Assembly (NCBI GenBank): GCA_965217865.1
Contig: CBDCJO010000002.1
Location: 4,608,001 to 4,672,000, forward strand
Reading direction: 5' to 3'
DNA length: 64,000 bases
Source of the DNA: Candidatus Latescibacterota bacterium
GTDB lineage: Bacteria > Latescibacterota > UBA2968 > SICM01
Shown: piece after piece, positions 1-9,959 of the stretch
Layout of the letters: the number at the start of each line of letters is the position of its first letter
How positions within the stretch are numbered: the stretch's first letter is position 1
Notes under the pieces: model-generated
Seen by the model: only the letters and a program-made list of their open reading frames with translations
Database searches by the model: none
Told to the model about the DNA's origin: nothing
Position numbers and translations under genes: made by a program

Positions 1-206
1 ATTTCCAGTTGAAGCTGATCCTTGGCTGTTTTTAAATCGGCAGTGCGTTCCTCCACCCTGAGTTCCAGTTTTTGGTGGACTTCGGCCAGTGAGATCTCCA
101 ATCGCTTTCGATCTTCGGTCTCTCGTTGGAGCCGTTGGCGGTATTCCCGCAACACCTCTTCCAGTTCCGCGGGTCGGCCTTCGAATTCCTCCGTTGTGTC
201 CAACAT
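1..206 (-). CDS. 5' end of a signal-transduction protein, probably a sensor histidine kinase; runs off the window edge
   Basis: Manual translation from ATG 206 (GAGG upstream) is open to position 1: MLDTTEEF...LELRVEERTADLKTAKDQLQLE. LExRVEERT is the signalling-helix motif. Not in the ORF track. Confidence 0.7.
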   Translation of the reverse strand, partial: MLDTTEEFEGRPAELEEVLREYRQRLQRETEDRKRLEISLAEVHQKLELRVEERTADLKTAKDQLQLE

Positions 207-248
207 AACCTCAAAGAGAGGGTGAGACGGCAAATGGAAAACCATAGA

Positions 249-319
249 CGTGAAGCGTATCTCGTAGGTGCGCAGGTTGGTTTTCTTTGCGCTTCACGCT
301 TCACGAGATACGCTTCACG
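249..319. repeat. Perfect 17-bp inverted repeat built from 7-bp-period units, just after the lipoprotein stop codon
   Basis: CGTGAAGCGTATCTCGT (249-265) and ACGAGATACGCTTCACG (303-319), with extra GCTTCAC units at 291-304. Confidence 0.85.
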
Positions 320-326
320 GGTTTAC

Positions 327-1589
327 CTACCTGATGGTTGCAGTTCCGGTGGGAAATCCTCCAGCGTTGTTCCCTAAATCATAGGTCACGTGATCCGTCG
401 CGTTCGACGGGACATCACCGACCAGGGGCTTAAGGGTAAATGGACCGGGTCCGTCATCCGGGAAGGGCTCGATCGAGATGACCCCTTTAGCTCCGCTGAG
501 ATCCGTGGGGAAGGTCAGGCCGGATGGCGCGTTATTCAGGAAATCCTCGCCGGGAAACGGCGGACCGCCGCCTGTACCGCTGTATGGGGCCGCATCGTCT
601 GCGGAGGCCGGGTTCGTGAATGTTCCTGTGGTCACCGGGACGCCCCCGATCACCCCCCATCCCTCGTAACGCCACCCGAGGGGAAGTGTGGGGAGCTGCA
701 GACCCTGTCCCGGACTTCCACCAGATAGATCCAGGAACCAGAGGCCGCTATTTTCGTTCCCGCTCGGATCATCCGTCGGCGTCGCCAAGATGTACTTTCC
801 AGAGGCCTGGGAGAAATCGTCTCCGAGAGCGGCAGGATGCCCTATGGTCAGGTCGGAGGAAAGGCTTTCAACGCTCCCGGCCAGATAATGGGTATCCGCT
901 GGGATGGCATCCTTGTCACCATCGGGTTCGATCGTTATGACGATGGCCGTGGTCTGGCTGAGGTCCTTGCGTGTTCTGAACTTACCTTCCGGGATGAGGA
1001 TCCCTCGCATGTTCACCAGATCGCCGTCCGAGTTAACGTTGAACTTTCCTGTCGGTACCGGACCGTCGATGATCGCCCAGCCTTCGTAGTGGAAGCCGTT
1101 GACGAGGGGTTGAATCCCTGCGAAGTTTAAAGTCAGGGTGGAATTGATACGTTCGTTGGAGACGAGTTTGGCACGTCCACCAATCGGCAGGGAGAGGATC
1201 ACCTCGTTACCCGCTTTAACCGGGATGCTCGCCCATTTCGAAAGGACGGTGTTTGTGGAGGTATCGGTTGCCCTCGCGACATAGTAACCGGTGGCCTCGA
1301 TCGCGGGTGTGACCGTGCCGTCGGAATCGGTGGTTCCTTTCAAATTGTAGTCGGCTGACCGACCTGAGATGGACCGAGAGAACCCGACTTCGAGGCCCGA
1401 TGCCGGTTCGCCCCCCAGGGTCACCGTCGCCGTGACGGATGCAGGGAGCCCCGGATTCGTGGAAAACTTGCCCAATCCGGAATTGAGGTCCTTACCGGCC
1501 AGGGGGGCAAGGGGCTGCTGGCCGGTACAACCGAACCCTATCAGCCCAAAGCCGAAAACTGTGATGGGTAGAATCAACCATCTTCTCAT
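327..1589 (-). CDS. Predicted lipoprotein with two RskA/anti-sigma-K-like C-terminal domains
   Basis: 420 aa; lipobox-like LIGFGC; RBS AGGAGG; duplicated YEGW...TGxF...(I/V)(T/S)IEP motifs. Confidence 0.7.
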   Translation of the reverse strand: MRRWLILPITVFGFGLIGFGCTGQQPLAPLAGKDLNSGLGKFSTNPGLPASVTATVTLGGEPASGLEVGFSRSISGRSADYNLKGTTDSDGTVTPAIEATGYYVARATDTSTNTVLSKWASIPVKAGNEVILSLPIGGRAKLVSNERINSTLTLNFAGIQPLVNGFHYEGWAIIDGPVPTGKFNVNSDGDLVNMRGILIPEGKFRTRKDLSQTTAIVITIEPDGDKDAIPADTHYLAGSVESLSSDLTIGHPAALGDDFSQASGKYILATPTDDPSGNENSGLWFLDLSGGSPGQGLQLPTLPLGWRYEGWGVIGGVPVTTGTFTNPASADDAAPYSGTGGGPPFPGEDFLNNAPSGLTFPTDLSGAKGVISIEPFPDDGPGPFTLKPLVGDVPSNATDHVTYDLGNNAGGFPTGTATIR

Positions 1590-1658
1590 GGTTGCTTCCT
1601 CCTTTCAGTGAAGAAAGAACGATTGCCCTCTTCATTATCTGAGGATGCAGAGAGAAGA

Positions 1659-1675
1659 TGGAAAAACTGTGCCAA
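1659..1675 (-). promoter_or_regulatory. Possible sigma54 promoter for the lipoprotein gene
   Basis: TTGGCAC-AGTTT-TTCCA: perfect -24 box, one mismatch at -12; AT-rich region upstream; adjacent to a sigma54 activator gene. Confidence 0.45.
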
Positions 1676-1911
1676 CCTATACCCGATTGCCACCCGTGGA
1701 GCCGAATATGATATAACCTTTTTGTTTAATGAAGTTAAATAGAATCCGGTTTCGCAGCGAAGATTGACCTATTTTGATCGATAAAGTTTGCAACACCTCA
1801 AATTAAAATCTGTATATTAATTTAGTATTTTATAAACAGAGACTTAACTGATGTGATCTTATTAGCACTGATTTTGAGAATATTAACACACAAACTTTGT
1901 TGTGAAAAAGC

Positions 1912-3293
1912 CTATTTTCTGGAGATGCCATAGAGTTTCATCTTTTCGTAAAAGTGCCTTCGATGGATTCCGGCCCGCCGGGCTGCTTCAGCCACCTGGC
2001 CACCCGCCCGGTCAAGAACGTCTTTCAGATAATGTCGTTCGAATTGCTCCCGGGCTTCTCTAAGGGGCATGTCGTATCGCTCGGTTCCAGCACCGTCAGA
2101 GACGGAAGATGTGATATGCTTCGGCAAGTCAGATATGGCAACGGTATTACCCTGACAGAGCAACTGGGTCTGCTCAAACACATTCTCCAGTTCTCGAACA
2201 TTACCCGGCCATCGGTAGGCCTTGAGCATCATCAAGGCCTCGGCGGTCATCTCCTTAACCGGATTTCCTGTTCGTTGGGAATAGCCCGTCAAGAAGTGGT
2301 TTACAAGCAGGGGAATATCCCCGGTCCGGGCGCGAAGAGGGGGCAGGTCCAGAGTGACGACACTGAGACGATAAAAGAGATCCGGACGAAAGGCCCCTTT
2401 TTCCATCTGATCGCGCAAATCGAGATTCGTGGTCGCGATCAGGCGGAAATCAACCTTCCTCGGCCGGTCGCCTCCGACCCGGAGGATTTCCTTTTCCTGG
2501 ATGGCTCGGAGCAGCTTTACCTGTAAAAGCGGGCTCATCTCTTCGATCTCATCAAGGAAGAGGGTTCCCGCTTCTGCCTGTTCGATGAGGCCTTGTTTTT
2601 GCCGAATCGCCCCTGTGAAGGCCCCTTTCTCGTGCCCGAAAAGTTCACTTTCCAGGATGGTATCGGTGAGGGCTCCACAATTGATCGGCATGAATCCAGA
2701 CTTCCTGCGGGGGCTCCGTTTGTGGATCGCTCTCGCCACCAGCTCCTTTCCTGTGCCAGTCTCTCCTTGGACAAGGACCGTCGCATAGCTGTCTCCCAGC
2801 TTTCGGATCAACCCGTAGATTATCTGCATTTCCTGGCTGACTCCGACAAGCCCTTCAAAGGAACCCTGATGGGATACCTGATCTTCCAGGATGCGCAGTT
2901 TTTCCGACTGCTCCCTGGACTCGAGGGCCTTTTTAAGCACGATTTCCAGGTGATCCAAATCGAGAGGCTTGGTCAGGTAGTCGACTGCCCCTGCATTCAT
3001 GGCCTGTACTGCGGACTCGATCGAGCCATATCCGGTCATGACAATCACCATGACGTTCGGGTTCCGATCCTTGAGTCTTCCCAGGACCTCGATCCCAGGA
3101 CCTCGATCCCGTCCATCTCAGTCATCCAGATGTCCAGCAAGATCAGCTCCGTCGGGTTCTCGGAATAGCGTGTAATTCCCTTTGGACCGTCGTCAGCGGT
3201 TTCGACCTCGAAGCCCAGGTCGGAAAGCGCCTGACTCAGGATGTCCAACATCCGGGGTTCGTCGTCGATCACCAGGATCCGGGGTTTGTTCAT
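1912..3293 (-). pseudogene. NtrC/AtoC-family sigma54-dependent response regulator (REC-AAA+-Fis HTH), frameshifted by a 14-bp tandem duplication
   Basis: REC motifs ILVIDDE and LLDIWM, GETGTGKE, GAFTGA, WPGNVREL, HTH. CCCAGGACCTCGAT is duplicated at 3080-3107; removing one copy gives a 455-aa ORF. Confidence 0.9.
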
Positions 3294-3601
3294 AAATCCG
3301 CTCAACAAGAAAAGCTCTCAAGGGAAAGACGGAGTCCGGTCACGGAAACTCGAAGTTAATACTGAGAGACTCCTCCAGAAATATACAAATTGATGAATCA
3401 GGAGAACAAGCAAATTAGAGCGATGCCTTCTACGCAAGATGTGTAACAAAATTTTTAATTGTGGCTGAGGAAGCGACACCCAGCGATAGGGGACGTAAGG
3501 GAAAGATTCCACTCGAATCCAAATCTTGAGCGTTCAAAAAAGAATTTTGGTATATTCCAGATTCGACCGAACCCTAAAATAGCTTCATTTACCGGAGTGA
3601 T

Positions 3602-4297
3602 ATGTCAAGAATTCAAGCCCCCAAATCTCAGAGCCTTCGAAAAAAGACAGGAAAGGTCGTCCGTATTCTAGACGATCTCTATGGGACGGAGGTGTGGGGA
3701 GGGGGAACCGATCCTCTGAATACACTCATTAAGACGATTCTGTCCCAGAACACAAACGACCAAAACAGAGACCAGGCATATGCCGGACTGAGAAGCCGGT
3801 TTTCAACCTGGGAAGAGGTTATGGGCGGGAATCTTCGTGCGATTGGACGAGCCATCCGGGTCGGCGGACTCGCGAATCAGAAGGCGAGAAACATCCGAGA
3901 TTTTCTGCGGTGGTTAAAAAGGACGCGGGGTAAGCTCGACCTCAATTTTATCTGCGAGATGGAACCGGAAGAGGCCATCTCCCTTCTCTGCCAACAAAGG
4001 GGGATCGGGGTCAAAACCGCGTGTGTGACGCTGATGTTTGCGTGCGGGAGGGATGTGTTTCCTGTCGATACGCACGTCCATCGGATCAGCCGCCGGTTGG
4101 GTTTGGTTCCGGAGAAATGCACGGCGGAGAAGGCCCACGAACTGCTGTCTCCGCTGATTCCGAAAGGCAAGTCCCTCTCTTTTCACGTCAATCTTATTGA
4201 ATTCGGAAGGGGGATCTGCCGTGCGCGTAATCCTGCCTGCGGTTCATGTCCGCTTCGGGCATCGTGTTTATATGTTAAAGGGAAGGTAAAGGCGTAG
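3602..4297 (+). CDS. nth: Endonuclease III (HhH-GPD DNA glycosylase, 4Fe-4S)
   Basis: ILSQNT, GIGVKTA, FPVDTHVHR, CxxxxPxCxxCPxxxxC. Confidence 0.92.
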   Translation: MSRIQAPKSQSLRKKTGKVVRILDDLYGTEVWGGGTDPLNTLIKTILSQNTNDQNRDQAYAGLRSRFSTWEEVMGGNLRAIGRAIRVGGLANQKARNIRDFLRWLKRTRGKLDLNFICEMEPEEAISLLCQQRGIGVKTACVTLMFACGRDVFPVDTHVHRISRRLGLVPEKCTAEKAHELLSPLIPKGKSLSFHVNLIEFGRGICRARNPACGSCPLRASCLYVKGKVKA

Positions 4298-4312
4298 GTT
4301 CGGCTGGATTCA

Positions 4313-4339
4313 CCTGGAAGGGAATCCAGGCAAAAGACG
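4313..4339. terminator. Hairpin between convergent nth and the small ORF
   Basis: CTGGATTC...GAATCCAG stem shortly after the nth stop; coordinates approximate. Confidence 0.4.
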
Positions 4340-4395
4340 TTCAGAAACGGGGATGTCCACGCGGCTTTGAGGCTAAAGGCGTAACAAACCGGATC

Positions 4396-4530
4396 TCAGC
4401 AGACCGCGAGTTCGTCGAACTCCACGTCGACGGAGTTCTCTCGCGATCTGGTTTCCTGCAAGTTTGAATTCACAACGAGCAAAAAGGCCAAGCTGCACAA
4501 TCCCAAGAGGATAAATTTGAAGAGTTTCAT
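4396..4530 (-). CDS. 44-aa small membrane/secreted protein, below the ORF-track cutoff
   Basis: AAAGGAGAGG RBS before ATG; MKLFKFILLGLCSLAFLLVVNSNLQETRSRENSVDVEFDELAVC. Confidence 0.65.
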   Translation of the reverse strand: MKLFKFILLGLCSLAFLLVVNSNLQETRSRENSVDVEFDELAVC

Positions 4531-4669
4531 AGCCTCTCCTTTACTGGATTGATTGGGGCTGTAAGGGATTTAAATGCCGGGCGGGGCATCATCCTTCCAC
4601 TCTGAAACCCAGGAATATCCCTTTATTTAGTATTTTCGGAAACGGGCGGAATTCCTTTAACTTTATTTC

Positions 4670-4686
4670 AGCAAACCGTGTACCGA
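4670..4686 (-). promoter_or_regulatory. Possible sigma54 promoter upstream of the small ORF
   Basis: TCGGTAC-ACGGT-TTGCT, with correct GG-N10-GC spacing. Confidence 0.4.
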
Positions 4687-4820
4687 ATGATAATGAATTG
4701 TTTCAAATCCAATCTTTATGGTCTCCTTTAGTCACATCGATACCTTACTTTTCGACCTGGATGGGACCCTGATCGATTCCTCAAAAGGCGTTGTGGAATG
4801 TTTCAACTATGTTTTCGATA

Positions 4821-5595
4821 GGTGATTATGCACTTGACTAAGGAACAATCCTCGCCTGTTCCACGATACGCTCCGCAGAATCATGAACACGGACAATATC
4901 ACGTACCGGGAATTGGTAGCAGCTTGACTACCAGCACCATATCGGTATGGATCATCCATTTCTGGTTAGACCTCCACGCCTTGTAATCTTTGCCATGGAT
5001 ACGGAGAGTGCCAATTTCCGTGAAAGCTGAAAATTGATTTAGACCTTGGTCGTCGGGGTCAACGTTGATAGGATCGGCCAGATATGCTGGTATGGCGAAC
5101 GCTACGTATGCGTCCTCGTGCTTTGGAATGTGCGCTCTGTCTGATCTTGACGAAATGCTGGTACTCGGGTTCATAAAGTCAGAAGCACCGAATACAGCGT
5201 CTTCTACTCTTAATGCCACATACCAAATTGGCTCAGGTGAATGGCCAATGGATACAGCGTTGTATGCTTCCTCCAGCTGCTCGGTTGATAATTCGCCCTT
5301 CTCCGGCTTAGATATCGGAGAAGGGCGGATGACAGACCATAACCAAGGTCCAAGGAGGACAATCGGCGCTGAAGCGAGCAACGCAACACTTACTCCTAGT
5401 TCCAGATTCAACATGGGCAACCACTCGTTTTTCCACACTTTGATATCATCGCTAACTCCAGCCAATCCAATGGCCCCAGAGCCGACGGCATACAATGCCC
5501 GAAAAACGAAGAAGAACTTAGCCATCTACCCATGATAACCTCTCTTTCTTGGCCCGTCAATATGAAATAGTAACTTAGTCAAGTGCATAATTACC
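4821..5595. mobile_element. Non-autonomous 775-bp insertion cassette with IS1595-family (ISNwi-like) ends
   Basis: TIRs GGTGATTATGCACTTGACTAAG (4821-4842) and CTTAGTCAAGTGCATAATTACC (5574-5595), 21/22 match; 8-bp TSD TTTCGATA at 4813-4820 and 5596-5603; no transposase. Confidence 0.92.
4899..5525 (-). CDS. Passenger hypothetical membrane protein with two N-terminal hydrophobic segments
   Basis: 208-aa ORF filling the cassette; lower GC than the flanks. Confidence 0.7.
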   Translation of the reverse strand: MAKFFFVFRALYAVGSGAIGLAGVSDDIKVWKNEWLPMLNLELGVSVALLASAPIVLLGPWLWSVIRPSPISKPEKGELSTEQLEEAYNAVSIGHSPEPIWYVALRVEDAVFGASDFMNPSTSISSRSDRAHIPKHEDAYVAFAIPAYLADPINVDPDDQGLNQFSAFTEIGTLRIHGKDYKAWRSNQKWMIHTDMVLVVKLLPIPGT

Positions 5596-6430
5596 TTTCG
5601 ATAGGATCGGTGTTTCACGTCCCCCTTCAGCAGCGATCATTGAAACCATCGGTTATCCTCTCGACCAGGCGTTTGCGAGATTCACGGACCACGATCCGGG
5701 ACGCTGCTATGATCTGTTTCAGATCAAGGCTCGGGAGGTTATGGTGGACAGCGCGGTTCTTCTGAACGGTGTTCGGGAGACGCTTTCGGACCTTCAGGCC
5801 AAGGGTTACACGCTTGGGATTGCGAGCACTAAGCGCAGTGAACACATCGCGGGAATTCTGGAAAGGCTCGGAGTAATATCCACGATCAAGACGTGGTCGG
5901 GTTCGGACGAGGTCGCCCGAGTCAAACCGGACCCGGAAATTCTTCACCTGACGCTTCAGAAACTGGGGGGTGAGGCCGCCCACTCGGCATACGTGGGCGA
6001 CACCTCCCTGGATGTTCTCGCAGCCCGCTCGGCCGGCATTGTCTCGGTCGCTGTCCTGGGGGGTACGGGTACCCGGGAGGAGCTGATAGCGCATAAGCCG
6101 GATCTGCTTGTCGAGCGTTTCAAGGACCTGATCGATCTATTTTCTTTCAAAGGAGATCAAGAGTGAAGATCTGGCGGCTTCCTGGAAAACAGAGCCGTCG
6201 GTGTGTCCGCGGACATTGGACTTGATCGAGGGGAGGATTCTGGAAGGAGGGGAGGAGATTGTGGCGTTCGACTCCGCCTGACTGGGCGGAGTTCCTGTTT
6301 CAGGATAACACACCTGGCGGAGAGGGGATCTCCGTGTACCACTATTCAGGGCCGAGACCTGGAAACGAAGAATTCGATTATCGAGATGTCAAAGTGAAAG
6401 TCCGGAATCCGGAGCCGGGGTCCGTGGCCA

Positions 6431-7663
6431 CTATTCCATAACGACGCGATAGATTTTCTTTTTTCCCGCGCGCAAGATCAACGGGTCATTGTCCAGGAGT
6501 TCCCTTTTCAAGGACTCCTCCGCGTTCTCAACTCGTCGATCGTTGAGATAGGCCCCTCCCTGTTGGATGAGTCTCCGCGCCTCGCTTTTGGATACATCCA
6601 TGACGTTGGCGAACAGGTTTAAAGCCGTGAGACCGGAATTCAAAAGATCGGAGGATACCCTGAAAGTCGGAAGCTCAGAGATTTCTGAGCCTCCCCCAAA
6701 GGCTGCCCGGGATGCCGCGCGGGCTTTTTCCGCGGCATCGTCCCCGTGTGTGATCCTGGTGGTTTCGAAAGCGAGGACCTCCTTAGCCTTTCGAAGCTCA
6801 GCTCCCTCAAGGGATCCGAGCTGCCGGACCTGTTCCATAGGGAGGAAGGTAAAGAGGCCAAGAAAACGTTCAACATCTGGATCGTCGATGTTGATCCAGT
6901 ACTGGTAGAAATCGTAGGGGGAAAGCCACTGTGCGTCCAACCAGACTGCACCCGCAGCTGTTTTTCCCATCTTTTTTCCGTCGGCGGTGGTGACAAGGGG
7001 AAAAGTAACGGCGTGAACATCTGCCCCTTCGACCCTGCGGATAAGTTCGGTTCCGGCAAGGATATTCCCCCACTGTTCGTCGCCCCCCATCTGGAGTCGG
7101 CATCCATATTTTCGAAACAGGATCAGGTAGTCGTATGCCTGTAGGATTTGATAATTGAACTCAAGGAACGAAAGCCCGGACTCCAACCGGATCCTGTAGG
7201 CCTCAGCGGCGAGCATCCGGTTTACGCTGAAGTGGCGGCCGATTTCCCGGAGGAAGTCAATATAGGAAAGATCAAAAAGCCATTCTGAGTTGTCCAGGGT
7301 GATTGCGTTTGAGTTAAAATCGATGTAGCGGCTGAGTTGTGCTTGAATCTTTTTAATATTTCCTTGTATGGCTTCGGAGGAGAGGAGTTGGCGCAGCTCC
7401 GTCCTACCGCTGGGGTCCCCGACCATCGCGGTCCCACCCCCCAGGATAGCAATGGGCCGGTGTCCGGTTCTCTGGAGTTGGGCGAGGGCCATTATCGGTA
7501 CCAGGTTTCCGACTTGGAGACTTTCAGCCGTCGGGTCGAACCCGTTATAGCAGGTAACAGGGCCGGCGTCAAACATCTCGCGGACGGCTGATTCGTCTGT
7601 AACCTGGCTGATGAATCCCCGTTCCTTAAGGATATCGAAGGCGTTGTTGTGTTTCATGCTCAT
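6431..7663 (-). CDS. tyrS: Tyrosine--tRNA ligase
   Basis: YNGFDPTA, GDPSG, QMGGDEQWGNI, KMGKT, C-terminal S4 domain. Confidence 0.97.
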   Translation of the reverse strand: MSMKHNNAFDILKERGFISQVTDESAVREMFDAGPVTCYNGFDPTAESLQVGNLVPIMALAQLQRTGHRPIAILGGGTAMVGDPSGRTELRQLLSSEAIQGNIKKIQAQLSRYIDFNSNAITLDNSEWLFDLSYIDFLREIGRHFSVNRMLAAEAYRIRLESGLSFLEFNYQILQAYDYLILFRKYGCRLQMGGDEQWGNILAGTELIRRVEGADVHAVTFPLVTTADGKKMGKTAAGAVWLDAQWLSPYDFYQYWINIDDPDVERFLGLFTFLPMEQVRQLGSLEGAELRKAKEVLAFETTRITHGDDAAEKARAASRAAFGGGSEISELPTFRVSSDLLNSGLTALNLFANVMDVSKSEARRLIQQGGAYLNDRRVENAEESLKRELLDNDPLILRAGKKKIYRVVME

Positions 7664-7737
7664 CCCTAAACAATGGCTCCGAGGAGAGACGGGGCCACGG
7701 ATAGCAAACCCTTTCTTTTATTCACTTAATTTTGCAT

Positions 7738-7766
7738 ATTTTAGGTCAGCCCATTGGGGAAGTCAA
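7738..7766 (-). promoter_or_regulatory. sigma70-type promoter of tyrS
   Basis: TTGACT-17-TAAAAT. Confidence 0.6.
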
Positions 7767-7834
7767 GCCCAATCTAAACCGTGTTTGTCCAAGGGGATAA
7801 GATTCGGGATTCCTCTCACTTTCAGGAAACAGAT

Positions 7835-9919
7835 ATGGCTGTCTACAAGCGAATCCTTCTTTATTCGATGATCTCAATCGTCCTGGGATCGGCCCCCCTG
7901 GTGTGGCTTGTCTTCCGCTTCAGCAAAGGGCTCCCTTCGCTATCAAGCCTGGAGCGCGTGGAACCCAAACGCACAACCATCCTATACTCGGCGGATGGAA
8001 AGGTTATCAGGAAATTCGCGGAGCAGTATCGGGAGCCGATCTCTTTCGAAAAACTTCCCCCCCGGGCAATCGATGCCTTGATTGCCCGTGAAGACAGGTC
8101 CTTCTGGAAACATTGGGGGATTTCCCTCTCCGACAACTTTCGCGCAGCGGCCGTCAACCTGATCTCGATGCAACGCAAGCAAGGGGCGAGTACGATCACA
8201 CAGCAGCTTGCCCGAAATCTTTTTTTGACCCTCGATGTAAAGTGGAGCCGAAAAATTCAGGAGGCGATCGTGGCCGTCCTGATTGAGCGGACCTACACCA
8301 AGAAAGAGATCCTGGAGATGTATTTCAATCAGGTCTACTTCGGCCACGGAGTCTACGGCATACAATCCGCGGCGCAACGATTCTTCGGAAAGGATGCCGG
8401 GGATCTCGATCTGCAGGAGTGCGCCGTTCTTGTCGCACTGCTCAAAAACCCAAATCGATACTCTCCGGTAGATTACCCCGACCGGGCGGTTCACTGGCGG
8501 AATGTGGTTCTGAAGTCGATGCTTGATGTCGGGAAGATTTCCGAAGGGGAATATCAGGACGCCATTCAAAAACCCTTGATTTTGACATACCGTAATGAAG
8601 AAACGGGAGAGGCCCCTTATTTCACCGAGCACATCCGACAATACCTGGAAAACACCTATGGCGTGAAAACGCTCTACCAGGACGGGGTTTCGGTTTACAC
8701 ATCGTTGGACAGCCGACTGCAGGAAATCGCAGAGGAGGAACTGATCACAAAGCTCAGGGTGCTCCAATGGCGAGTAAAAGAAGGGGAGACAGGGGCAGCA
8801 TTGGAGATACCCGAAGGGCTCACGGAAGCGGACTCCCTTCGGACCCAGGTGATTCAAGGGGCCCTTGTCGCCCTCGACCCCTCCAGCGGCCATATTCTCG
8901 CGATGGTCGGGGGGAGGGATTTTAACGAGACCCGATTCAATCGTGCCACACAGGCCCTGCGCCAACCCGGATCGTCCTTCAAACCCTTTATCTACACGGC
9001 CGCCATCGATAACGGCTATCGACCAACGGACAAAATCCTGGATACGGCGATCCTGGTCACACAGCATGACGGGACCACTTGGGGACCGGAGAACTATGAG
9101 CAAAATTATATGGGTCCCATCACGATTCGAGAAGCACATGCTCGGTCGAGAAATCTAGCAACCATCCGACTGCTCCAAAAGGTCAATCCGAAGACGGTAA
9201 TCCCTTATGCCCGCAAGATGGGGATAACGACGCCGATCATGCCATTCCTCTCAATGGGCCTGGGGGCCAGCGAGGTCAGGTTGATCGACCTCGTGTCCGC
9301 ATACGGCGTTTTCCCCAATCGGGGGGTCCACGTCGAACCGATATCCATTCTCGAGATTGTTGACAAAGATGGCAATGTGCTGGAAGAACACCCCAGGGGG
9401 AAGGAGACGGAGGCTTTAAAGGCATCCACGGCTGCCGTGATGACAAGCCTGTTGCAGTCTGCGATGGATCAAAGGGCGGGGGGGACCGGACGCTCAGCAC
9501 GGTCCCTTTATAAATTTATGCGGCCTGCAGGTGGGAAAACCGGTACGACAAATAACTACACGGATGCGTGGTTCGTGGGTTTCACCCCGCAGCTTGTCGC
9601 AGGGGTCTGGATCGGGTTTGACGAGAAGATTTCGCTCGGCGAGAAGCAATCGGGGGGTACGGTCGCCTTACCCGTATGGGCCGGATTTATGAAGCGGGCG
9701 CACGAAACACTCGAGTTGGTCGAGGAGGAATTCGAGGTTCCTTCGGGTGTGGTTCGTGTAGAGGTATGCGACGGCCATCCCAACCGGATCGCCTCTCCTT
9801 ACTGCCCCAAGCGATGGGAGGAGATGTTCGTGACGGGCACCGAACCCACTGAGAGCTGTGAATATCATACCGTAGGTTCGGATGGGAGGGAGCGGAGGAA
9901 GAACGAATTACAGTTTTAA
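7835..9919 (+). CDS. mrcA: Class A penicillin-binding protein 1A
   Basis: N-terminal TM; transglycosylase EDxxF, GASTITQQL, RKxxE; transpeptidase SxxK (SSFK), SRN, KTGT. Confidence 0.93.
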   Translation: MAVYKRILLYSMISIVLGSAPLVWLVFRFSKGLPSLSSLERVEPKRTTILYSADGKVIRKFAEQYREPISFEKLPPRAIDALIAREDRSFWKHWGISLSDNFRAAAVNLISMQRKQGASTITQQLARNLFLTLDVKWSRKIQEAIVAVLIERTYTKKEILEMYFNQVYFGHGVYGIQSAAQRFFGKDAGDLDLQECAVLVALLKNPNRYSPVDYPDRAVHWRNVVLKSMLDVGKISEGEYQDAIQKPLILTYRNEETGEAPYFTEHIRQYLENTYGVKTLYQDGVSVYTSLDSRLQEIAEEELITKLRVLQWRVKEGETGAALEIPEGLTEADSLRTQVIQGALVALDPSSGHILAMVGGRDFNETRFNRATQALRQPGSSFKPFIYTAAIDNGYRPTDKILDTAILVTQHDGTTWGPENYEQNYMGPITIREAHARSRNLATIRLLQKVNPKTVIPYARKMGITTPIMPFLSMGLGASEVRLIDLVSAYGVFPNRGVHVEPISILEIVDKDGNVLEEHPRGKETEALKASTAAVMTSLLQSAMDQRAGGTGRSARSLYKFMRPAGGKTGTTNNYTDAWFVGFTPQLVAGVWIGFDEKISLGEKQSGGTVALPVWAGFMKRAHETLELVEEEFEVPSGVVRVEVCDGHPNRIASPYCPKRWEEMFVTGTEPTESCEYHTVGSDGRERRKNELQF

Positions 9920-9959
9920 AAAAGAAACGGAGTATACGCCTACCTAAAAACAGAGGAGC

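Larger units (their letters stand above)
4718..6166 (+). pseudogene. HAD-superfamily phosphatase (phosphoglycolate phosphatase-like), interrupted by an insertion
   Basis: Motif I FDLDGTLIDS at the 5' end. Removing 4821-5603 restores a 221-aa frame (...YVFDRIGVSRPP...) that continues into ASTK, KPDP and YVGDT motifs. Confidence 0.92.

Noticed and set aside
6163-6441. Short ORFs between the HAD gene and tyrS
   Set aside because: No recognisable motif or clear RBS; may be a gene remnant but cannot be supported.
7982-9139. Long antisense ORFs, such as the 385-aa ORF opposite PBP1A and many others in the track
   Set aside because: Shadow ORFs of well-supported genes in GC-rich DNA.
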